From the NCBI GenBank assembly GCA_964524715.1, contig CAZGGF010000076.1, forward strand, positions 28,639-92,638: a stretch of DNA of 64,000 nucleotides, given 5' to 3'. The notes below the pieces were generated by a model. The model saw only the letters and a program-made list of their open reading frames with translations. It was not told where the DNA came from and did not search any database. Source of the stretch: an uncultured Verrucomicrobiota bacterium. GTDB lineage: Bacteria > Verrucomicrobiota > Verrucomicrobiia > CAIQCK01. Position 1 is the first letter of the stretch, and each line of letters begins with the position of its first letter. This document shows, piece after piece, positions 46,524 to 54,613 of this stretch. A program made the position numbers and the translations under genes.

Positions 46524-49055
46524 CTATTTGCCGCCTGACTTCTTTGCCGCCTTTTTTGCCAGAGTCATGGGCAACAGGGGCAATTCCTTGATTTCCTCGC
46601 CGGGTTGCTTGACCTTCCAAAAGGTGATCGAACCATTGCATCCGCGGCGCTCGGGCACTTTGTCGCTGGATTTGGCGCCGTGAATGTCGGCCACCACAAA
46701 GTAGGAAAGACCTTCATCATACGCCGGGAGCGCGAATGAATAGACCGGATCGCGCGGAGAGTAGCCGATGACGCCGCGGTGCTTGTCGAGGACGATCTCG
46801 GTGAGTTGATCGGGATGAGCCTTCGGGGCCGAGGCCAATGCCACCCGCGATACGCTGGCGGCGTTATATCCTTCGGTGTGCGTGAACTTCACCTGATAGA
46901 CACCCGTTCCTGAAATAGCTGAGGTGACATCCAGCTTCTTTTGAACAGGCTGTCTCCCCTCGAAATCACTGTCATGGTATTGGCCGATCTCGCGCGATAG
47001 ATACGGCGCCAGCGGATTCCGCACCCCGAAAGGCAATAGCGCCTCAGAGACTTGCGCGACCGTCCGATCGGTGACGTCGAGCGTGTCCGACAACCGGCCT
47101 CCACCCTTCGTACCCAACGAAGCCGCTTCCCATGCCTTCAAGCCCTCGTTGACCTGCACGCCGGCTTGCGCAAACGCCAGCAGGTTCCGGCTCATGTCTC
47201 GGCGCTCGGCGTCGGTCGGAGGCGTGGCGCGCGAGATCAGCGTCGCGATGTCATACAGCCTCGCCAGCATCTTCACGTAACCTGAGACGGCCTGCGTCTC
47301 CGCAACGATCCACGGATCGTCGAGGCTGGCCGCCAATACGCCTGCCCGCTCGCATATAGCGAGGTCTTCCCGCAGACGCTCCTCGTTGGGGAAATAACGA
47401 TACATGCCCTTGCCCAGCGTGGGCTTGGCGCGACTGCGGATCATCCGGGCCGCGGAACCGAAATACGCCGGATATGGAACGCCCGATCCATACACATCCC
47501 AGCTTACCGGGCCCAACAACACCGCCCAGTCGGCCGTCTTCTCGACATCCTTCGACCCGCGCCGCGTGGCCCAAGCCGCCGCAAATTCCCGTTCGTCGCG
47601 CCCGTGGGCATTCCACGACCATTCAGCCGCAGCCGTCACGTTGAAATCATACATGCGATTGTGAGGCGGTGCGTATGCGCAAAGGTTGGCGAGTTTCTTG
47701 TCCACGAACTCGGTCATACGAAATTTCACAAACTGCGGGCTGCTCCATGGGCAGACGATGCGCCATGCGGCAATGATTTGAGGATAAACACCCAGCCAGC
47801 GTCCGCTTTTGGCGAAATCCTCCAACAGCGGGTAGATCATCGGTTCACGCGAGGAATCATACGTCCGCCCGCCGTCGTAGTAACTCACCTGGACTTCCGG
47901 CGGAGCCTCCGCCAGCACTTTGTCGTTGGTCTTGTAACTGCCCTGCGTCAGCAGCAACCGCAGCTTGAGTTTCGGGTTGGCCTTCCGCGCTTCCTTCCAG
48001 GCGTTGATGCAGGCCCGGGTCTCCGCGGCGAACTCGCCGATCTGCTTGCAGGTCTCACAACCGCACTTCAAATCGTTTTCGCTCAGCCACACGCAAATAA
48101 CCTCCACACCCTTGACGCGGGTGAGGTCCGTCATCCACTGGCTCAGGATCGTCTGGTAGCGGGCATTCGAGGAACAGGGAATCTCCACATACGCATGGCC
48201 CTTCAGTTTGGCGGCAGGGCCGACGCCGCGCGTCTCGGGACATTTGCTGAACAAACCCAGCGGGGCGAGCTGGTCAACGTGCATGATGATGGGAACGAAC
48301 TGGAACGCATGCAAGCGCCCCTGCTCGATCAACTCCGGCTTGAAACTCGCGCTGCCAGTACCATCGGCGTTGATCTTGAGATCCGAATGAACTTCCGCCA
48401 GGTTCAACTTATACGAGGACATCCACTCGCAATCACTCGGCGCATTCCCGCCCCACTCGCCGCGCTCGGATAGGTCGGGCCAGTCCAGCACGCGCACCAG
48501 CGGCAGCGTCACGGCGGAGGCAGTCCGCTTGGTCTCCAGCAATTGCGAAAGCGTCCGCGCCGCATAATAGACCCCGCGTTCCGTCAGGCCCGTCAGCACC
48601 AGTTTTCTCGATGACACCGGGGAAATCACATACGCCTGATCGGAGTTGGGCTTGCCTGCGAGTTTGTCCGCGCCGGGAATTTTAACGCGACCGAGTTTCC
48701 CGTCCGGCGTGCAGTGGCCCAGCAGTATTTCGAACTTCGGTTTTGCCGCCACCTGTCCCGCTGTTTGCCCCAGTGTGGCGTTCAGCAATCCCGCCGCCTG
48801 TTGCTCGACATCCGTTGCTCCCTCGCAGAGCTTCACGGCAACATCCGCGGGATTGGATTTTACGAAATCCTTGAAAGCGATCTCCTTCGGCAAGGGAATG
48901 AGGTGGCGCAACCATGGCTTGGCCGCATCGGCCGATGCGCCCGAGGCCGCCTGCGCCGCGCTCCACGCCACAAGCAGGATGGCTAAACAATGCCGTTTAA
49001 TGGACGAACACAATGAAATGTTCACTACAAATCTCCTTGATGCTGATGAGGACAA
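46524..49055 (-). CDS. large secreted protein, GH20/GH84-like N-terminal domain (putative glycoside hydrolase)
   Basis: 843 aa. 'RGVYYAARTLSQLL...LPLVRVLDWPDLSERG' resembles the GH20-type domain-2/catalytic junction. The start is TTG 49055 or GTG 49025. Confidence 0.6.
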   Translation of the reverse strand: MSSSASRRFVVNISLCSSIKRHCLAILLVAWSAAQAASGASADAAKPWLRHLIPLPKEIAFKDFVKSNPADVAVKLCEGATDVEQQAAGLLNATLGQTAGQVAAKPKFEILLGHCTPDGKLGRVKIPGADKLAGKPNSDQAYVISPVSSRKLVLTGLTERGVYYAARTLSQLLETKRTASAVTLPLVRVLDWPDLSERGEWGGNAPSDCEWMSSYKLNLAEVHSDLKINADGTGSASFKPELIEQGRLHAFQFVPIIMHVDQLAPLGLFSKCPETRGVGPAAKLKGHAYVEIPCSSNARYQTILSQWMTDLTRVKGVEVICVWLSENDLKCGCETCKQIGEFAAETRACINAWKEARKANPKLKLRLLLTQGSYKTNDKVLAEAPPEVQVSYYDGGRTYDSSREPMIYPLLEDFAKSGRWLGVYPQIIAAWRIVCPWSSPQFVKFRMTEFVDKKLANLCAYAPPHNRMYDFNVTAAAEWSWNAHGRDEREFAAAWATRRGSKDVEKTADWAVLLGPVSWDVYGSGVPYPAYFGSAARMIRSRAKPTLGKGMYRYFPNEERLREDLAICERAGVLAASLDDPWIVAETQAVSGYVKMLARLYDIATLISRATPPTDAERRDMSRNLLAFAQAGVQVNEGLKAWEAASLGTKGGGRLSDTLDVTDRTVAQVSEALLPFGVRNPLAPYLSREIGQYHDSDFEGRQPVQKKLDVTSAISGTGVYQVKFTHTEGYNAASVSRVALASAPKAHPDQLTEIVLDKHRGVIGYSPRDPVYSFALPAYDEGLSYFVVADIHGAKSSDKVPERRGCNGSITFWKVKQPGEEIKELPLLPMTLAKKAAKKSGGK

Positions 49056-49335
49056 CGATCCTTAACAACCAACGCCGTCGATCCTACCCCGCGCCCCTGA
49101 CCGGTCAACGCGAATCCTCCCCATCTGGGTGAAGAGCGACGGGACGCGTAGCCCTTGGGTGCCAAGGATCGTGCCTCCTTCCCCGCATGACTTCTCGTGA
49201 GAAGTACCGCCATCCGGGCATCCCATCAACGACCGACGATGTGAGGAAACGGAATCACCGCAGAGACGCTGAGAACGCAGAGAGAGGGAAGCGCAGAAGA
49301 GGAAAGGGGTAAGTGAGAAGCGGAAGGAGCGGTCC

Positions 49336-49408
49336 CGTAGGCGCCGACGTGAGGAGGCGATTTCCGGAACCGTCAGCTACCTGACGCCTCCTTACGTCGA
49401 CGCCTACG
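49336..49408. repeat. 73-bp palindromic REP-type element, copy 2
   Basis: Same element as 46378..46450, with a few substitutions. Confidence 0.8.
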
Positions 49409-49486
49409 CGGAAGATCACTCCCGCTCGCGTTGGCCACCGTCGCTTCCGGAAATCCCTTCAGGATTTCCAGCGGTGGTTTTCCGCA

Positions 49487-50698
49487 TCAGCGCGTCTTCT
49501 CCACCAAGGGCGCGACCGGAGTCACCGACAGGTCCATGCGGCCGTCACCGTGGTTGATCGTGCAGATGATATACTTGTCCCCGCACACAAACTGCGGGTG
49601 TGGGTCCGGATGGAGTTTGCTCGGATTCTCCTTCGTGTTGTAAGCCGGCAACACCGAGTAGAGAAACACTTCCTTCTTCGTCTCCGCGTTGTAGAACCCC
49701 ACCTGCCACGAACATCCCCGATACCAGGGTCCCACGCTGTAGTCGTAGGTGAAATAGCGCCGGTCTCGCGTCATCGTGGCGTGTGCCGCACGAACGGGCG
49801 CAACCCGCTGCTGCTTGCCACTGGCCAGGTCGTAGTAGATGACCCCGTATTCCTTCCCGTAGCTGCAGTAGTAGAAGCCCTTGCCATCGGCCGCCCAATA
49901 CTCGTGAGTAGCGTTGTTATTCACGGGCGGGATGATGCGGCGCTTGTCATCAGGCTCAACCAGCAACAGCCGGGGATAGATGCCGTTGATATTCTGGATG
50001 CGATGCTCGACCTTGCGGGTGTCGGTCCACCGGATTTCGTGAGCGCACAGTGCCAGACGGTCGTTCACCGGGTTGATCTGGCCGTGATTTACGCAGACCG
50101 ATTCTTCGCCCCATTTCTCGAACTGCCCGGTCTTGATATCCAGCATGCCCTGGATGAAACGGTCATCCACCCACGCATCCATGAAAACCTCGCTGCGGTC
50201 GGATGTCAGTGTCAGGTGGGTCGCGTAACGTCGCACGTTCTTCCCCGCCGCTTTGATCTGCGGGGGAATATCGCAGAGCCTCTCCGGCTGGCGCGAGGCG
50301 GCCCGCAGGTCCAACCTGTAAAGGCCGCCCGGCTCGAACCAATACAGGATGGCGGTATCCGTATCGAGAAAGGGAATGCTGCCGCTAATCTCCAGCGGCC
50401 GGACTTCGTCCTTGAGAAAATCGATCATCGCGAAGGATTTCTGGTCGCCCCGTTCGCCGCCGGATACGTCGAATACGATGAAACGGCCGTCTTCCGTCAT
50501 TGATTTCTGGGTGAAATAGAGGCTCTGCTGGTTCGCGGCGACCCGGGTTTCAAGAATGAAGGAGACGGCGCCCGACTGGGGGTCGACGTGCTTGCGGAAG
50601 AGCTTGGACGTCTCCGGTGTTTTCAACGCAGCCGAGGACTGCTCCGCAGCATCACAGGACAGCGCGAGGAGCGGCAACAGCAACACAGCGACAGGCAA
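49487..50698 (-). CDS. oligogalacturonate-lyase-like (PL22-like) beta-propeller protein, paralog A
   Basis: 'VNHGQINPVNDRLALCAHE', 'THEYW' and 'HPDPHPQF' resemble Ogl-family motifs. TTG start. The 5' end is frameshifted relative to paralog B. Confidence 0.6.
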   Translation of the reverse strand: MPVAVLLLPLLALSCDAAEQSSAALKTPETSKLFRKHVDPQSGAVSFILETRVAANQQSLYFTQKSMTEDGRFIVFDVSGGERGDQKSFAMIDFLKDEVRPLEISGSIPFLDTDTAILYWFEPGGLYRLDLRAASRQPERLCDIPPQIKAAGKNVRRYATHLTLTSDRSEVFMDAWVDDRFIQGMLDIKTGQFEKWGEESVCVNHGQINPVNDRLALCAHEIRWTDTRKVEHRIQNINGIYPRLLLVEPDDKRRIIPPVNNNATHEYWAADGKGFYYCSYGKEYGVIYYDLASGKQQRVAPVRAAHATMTRDRRYFTYDYSVGPWYRGCSWQVGFYNAETKKEVFLYSVLPAYNTKENPSKLHPDPHPQFVCGDKYIICTINHGDGRMDLSVTPVAPLVEKTR

Positions 50699-50885
50699 TT
50701 CTTCACGATCTTCCTTTCTTCTTCCCGGCAGCGGCGCGACCAGGCATTCATGGTGTGTTCAACAGATAAGATTTCTTCCGGCGCGCGGCCAAGCGGCACG
50801 CATGATACGCTGAAGCGCTCTTTTGTGAAGGGAGATCCCGGGCGCCTCCAGCGAGAGAAGCCGGACGGCACCGCCCTGCCCCGGG

Positions 50886-52655
50886 TCACTTGGCCGCGTC
50901 ATTGTCCGGCCCGGCCAGCACGCAGCGGAATCCGGCGTCAACATAACGGGCGATGGGATCGCGGCATCGGCGCGCCGAGGACAACAAACTGCAGCGCGCG
51001 TCATTGAACCACGAGCCGCCGCGCAAGAGACGAGGGCCGCTTTTCCCGTCATAAAAGTCCTCACACCATTCCCACAGGTTGCCGCCCAAATCATACAACC
51101 CGAACCGGTTCGCCTTGAAAGAGCCGGCAGGCGACGTTCGCGCGTAGTTATCCCGATAACCTTCAATCACCTCGTAATTAAGGTAGCCCGGCCAGTCCAG
51201 GTCCTTTGCCTCCTCGCCCGCGTAATTGCCCGCATCCTCCGGCGGCCAGAAGTTACCCCACGGATACACGTCCTCGATCTTCTGATCCTTCTCCTTGGGA
51301 GAGCGGCCGGCCTCGGGAGGCAATCCCACGGCCACGCTCCATTCCGCATCCGTGGGCAATCGGTATTGCTGGCCGGGCTTCAGCAGTCCTTCCGCGCGCT
51401 CCTGTTCCGTCAACCATTTGCAGAACGCTTTCGCGTCCTCCCAGTTGATCCCGCAAACCGGATGACTCGACGTCTGGTAAAAACCCGGTGACTGCCACGA
51501 GCCGCCGAGCCGCCTCCAGCCGCCCTTGGTCAGCGTGCAAACCTGATTGGTCGCCGCGTATTTCGTCGCGTTCACAAACGCTTCAAATTCCCCCACCTGT
51601 GTTTTCCAGACACAAAACTTCACCTGTGTGCCCGGAACGGCCACGAATGGCATGTTCAGGCTGTTGTTCCAGCGCTTGCCCGGTTGCGGACGGGAAGACA
51701 ATCCCGGCGGCACGGCTTTGATTTTTTTGGGCGGGGCGGCCGCCAACGGCTCGGGGGTCTCTTCCACCGCCAACACCACCCGGAAACCGTGCATGTCATA
51801 TCGGCCACGGCCGCCGCGGCGGACGGATATGCTCAGAGCGCGTGTGGCATAGGCCTGCCAGGAAGAGCCGCGCATCACTTTCAGTTTTCGATCCAGGTCA
51901 TACCAGTCTTCACACAACTGCGTGACATTGCCCGCCATGTCGTAGAGGCCAAAACGGTTGGGCTTGAAACTGCCCACCGCCGAGGTCCGCGGAAAACCGT
52001 CCCGATAGCCTTCGATCACCGACCAATGTTCGGGCCAGTACCCTGCCCTGACTTCTTCACCGGCGAAGTTTCCGGAGCCTGGGGGTGGCGGCCATTGGCT
52101 GCCCCAGAGGAAGTCTCTGAACACCTCTCCTATTCTCGGCGGCGGCCATCCCATCCCGTAACCTTTTTCCTTTGGCTCCCAGACAGGCTCGTTCTCCAAT
52201 CCCACGGCCACATTCCATTCCGCATCGGTGGGCATGCGATAGAATTGGTTCGCCCCCAGCCGCTTTTCCTTCCGTTCCTTTTCTGTCAGCCACTTGCAGA
52301 AGACCTTCACATCCTCCCAGCGGATGCAACAAACGGGATCGTCGCCGGTCTGCTTGAACGCCAGCGAATTCCAACAGCCCGCGCCCCGCGCCTGCCCCTG
52401 GTCCGTCAACGTGTAGGCTCCCTGCGTCGCGTCATAGCCGGTCTCATCGACGAACGCGGTGAAGTCCTTCACCCGCGTGGGCCAGATGCAAAATAATACG
52501 CGCGTCCCCGGCACGGACACGAACTTCATCCCCAGGCCATTTACAAACGGCTGTTCCACCGTCGCCTTGGGCAACTCGGACCCCGTCGAAAAACCGGGAA
52601 TCATGGCTGCCGATAGAAACAGGGACAGAACCGCCTGGCGGCGAGAGATGTTCAT
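50886..52655 (-). CDS. secreted protein with two tandem FGE-sulfatase (SUMF1/formylglycine-generating-enzyme-like) domains
   Basis: Two copies of '...RLPT(D)AEW..A......YPWG...' ending in 'RGSSW'/'RGGSW'. Signal MNISRRQAVLSLFLSAAMIPG. Confidence 0.8.
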   Translation of the reverse strand: MNISRRQAVLSLFLSAAMIPGFSTGSELPKATVEQPFVNGLGMKFVSVPGTRVLFCIWPTRVKDFTAFVDETGYDATQGAYTLTDQGQARGAGCWNSLAFKQTGDDPVCCIRWEDVKVFCKWLTEKERKEKRLGANQFYRMPTDAEWNVAVGLENEPVWEPKEKGYGMGWPPPRIGEVFRDFLWGSQWPPPPGSGNFAGEEVRAGYWPEHWSVIEGYRDGFPRTSAVGSFKPNRFGLYDMAGNVTQLCEDWYDLDRKLKVMRGSSWQAYATRALSISVRRGGRGRYDMHGFRVVLAVEETPEPLAAAPPKKIKAVPPGLSSRPQPGKRWNNSLNMPFVAVPGTQVKFCVWKTQVGEFEAFVNATKYAATNQVCTLTKGGWRRLGGSWQSPGFYQTSSHPVCGINWEDAKAFCKWLTEQERAEGLLKPGQQYRLPTDAEWSVAVGLPPEAGRSPKEKDQKIEDVYPWGNFWPPEDAGNYAGEEAKDLDWPGYLNYEVIEGYRDNYARTSPAGSFKANRFGLYDLGGNLWEWCEDFYDGKSGPRLLRGGSWFNDARCSLLSSARRCRDPIARYVDAGFRCVLAGPDNDAAK

Positions 52656-53063
52656 AGTACGCGTCCTTTCGTTGCAGACGAGTTTCCCAAACGCATGACG
52701 GCATGAGTCATATCACAGAGGAACGGCCAATCGCAACAATGGCTGAACTCCAGCAGTGAGTCATATCTCAAGAAGCCCTTGAGACACTCGATATGCATAA
52801 CCCGGGGTAGCGCGTTCCGCCAAAGGCAACCCTGCGACTCCGTCACAGGAAATGTGATTGTACAATCCCGCGACGGGACAGGACATCGAGGGCACATCTT
52901 TGGATTCAATAGTTGGTTGACACGAGTCGAGATGGAACGCCACCCCCGGGCGCGATTTTCTTTCGTTCATCTTCTGCAACTCATCGGCGTCTCTGAGGCG
53001 GCGCGAACAGCAAGACGGGCAGGATGCCCGCGCTCTCCGCGCCTCTGCGGTGAATCCGCCTCC

Positions 53064-54185
53064 TTACAGGCCCAGCGCCTTCAGTTCGGATCGCGCAAGG
53101 TAACACTCCATATCGTACTTCCGACTCATCGCCAGGCATTTTCGGAAACAGTCGACCGCGCCAGTCTTATCGCCCGCCAGCAGCCGTTTCATGCCCGCGT
53201 AATACCATCCATTCGGGCGCCGCCCCTGCTCTTTCCTTGCGTCAGGCGAGGCCGCCACCATCAAATCGTTCTCGCCGGTTCTGCCGAGCAGGAAATCCGC
53301 GATCCGAGCCAGCCACGGGTCGGTGGTGTTGCTGCGCTTGTCAAAGTAAGCCGCGAGTTCCTTGTTCGCGGCCTCCTTCTGGCCCAACTGTGATCGGACG
53401 CCCCAGAGTCCCAGGTGCGCGTGACTCTGCAACTTCGAGTCGCCTCCTTCACAACTCCGGCGGAAATCGGCCAGCGCGTCGCTCCACCGGCGTTGCATAT
53501 AATAAACACAGGCCCGGAAGTAACTGGCGCAGCCGTCTTTCGGGTCCAGTTCGATGGCGCGGTTGCAGTCGGCAATCGCCTTGCCATAATCACCCTTGTT
53601 GATGTGGGCGAGTCCACGGCAGCAGTAGACGGCACTGTGTTCTGGGTCCAATTCGATGGCGCGGGTGCAGTCGGCAATCGCCTTGTCATAATCACCTTTG
53701 CTGATGTGGGCGAGTCCGCGGTAGTAGTAGGCGAGGTCGTCTTTCCCGCTCAGTTCGATGGCGTTGTCCAAGTCGGCAATCGCCTTGTCATAATCACCTT
53801 TGTCGTTGTAGGCGAGTCCGCGGCAGCGATAAGCACGGGCGTATTGGGGTTCGAGTTCGATGGCGCGGGTGCAATCAGCGATTACCTTGTCGGAATCACC
53901 CTTGTCGTTGTAGGCGATGGCGCGTTCGTAGTAGGCGTCGGCGTCTATGGGACACAGCCGGATGGCCAGAGTGAGGGAACCAATGGCTCCGTCCCAGTCG
54001 CCTTCGCGGCGTTTGTCGAGGCCGATCTCATAGAAACAGATCACGGCCATCATCCACATCACGACAGCGGCCAGCAACAGAAACACCACTACCCCGATGC
54101 AGGCCAGACAGCTGTAGAACAACCGCCCGTGTTTCTTCTTCGGCAACGCAGGCACAATGCCGGGAGGAATGCTCGGTGGGTTCAT
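53064..54185 (-). CDS. membrane-anchored TPR-repeat protein, short paralog
   Basis: ATG 54185 (the track start 54194 is TTG). N-terminal TM (CLACIGVVVFLLLAAVVMWMMAV), then about 6 TPR units (KGDYDKAIADCTRAIELDP...). Confidence 0.8.
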   Translation of the reverse strand: MNPPSIPPGIVPALPKKKHGRLFYSCLACIGVVVFLLLAAVVMWMMAVICFYEIGLDKRREGDWDGAIGSLTLAIRLCPIDADAYYERAIAYNDKGDSDKVIADCTRAIELEPQYARAYRCRGLAYNDKGDYDKAIADLDNAIELSGKDDLAYYYRGLAHISKGDYDKAIADCTRAIELDPEHSAVYCCRGLAHINKGDYGKAIADCNRAIELDPKDGCASYFRACVYYMQRRWSDALADFRRSCEGGDSKLQSHAHLGLWGVRSQLGQKEAANKELAAYFDKRSNTTDPWLARIADFLLGRTGENDLMVAASPDARKEQGRRPNGWYYAGMKRLLAGDKTGAVDCFRKCLAMSRKYDMECYLARSELKALGL

Positions 54186-54345
54186 GTGATTCAATCCCTT
54201 GTCGAGGACTCTTTGCCATGCACGTCAAACAGCCTGATGGATATTCGTCGCCCTATTTGTCGTCTTCATTGGTAACACGGTAGATGCTGGATCGGCCACT
54301 TCATCATAATGGTTCCTGTTGTTTCTGCCGGTCTTGATTTCGCCT

Positions 54346-54600
54346 TCATTCGCGCCTCGATAGCAACAGGAATACAATGAGCAGAATACACTGTAAGATA
54401 AGCACGACACTGTACGCGGCCGCAATAATCAATGACTGAAACTTCAGACCTGGCACTACGAAACCAGCAACCGCTAAAACAATGTTGAACAAAGCGCAGC
54501 CGTCACACCTGTCTTGGTCAAATCCTTGACGTGGCATATAAGACCAAAGCGCGGCCGAGATGATTCCGGAAGCAACCCCCAGGTAAAGGAGCAGGTCCAT
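54346..54600 (-). CDS. small (84 aa) three-helix membrane protein
   Basis: ATG start 14 nt downstream of the TPR gene stop. Three hydrophobic segments. Lower-GC patch. No homolog recognised. Confidence 0.4.
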   Translation of the reverse strand: MDLLLYLGVASGIISAALWSYMPRQGFDQDRCDGCALFNIVLAVAGFVVPGLKFQSLIIAAAYSVVLILQCILLIVFLLLSRRE

Positions 54601-54613
54601 GACGGCATCTTCC

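Larger units (their letters stand above)
49221..50760. repeat. segmental duplication, copy A (about 1.5 kb)
   Basis: Collinear high-identity match to about 56958..58485, including the CDS, the REP copy and the purine-rich 'CACCGCAGAGACGCTGAGAACGCAGAG' stretch. Boundaries judged by eye. Confidence 0.8.

Noticed and set aside
47604-52496. Plus-strand ORFs 47604..48473, 49550..50503 and 51684..52496
   Set aside because: Antisense shadows of the GH-like, lyase-like and FGE-domain genes.
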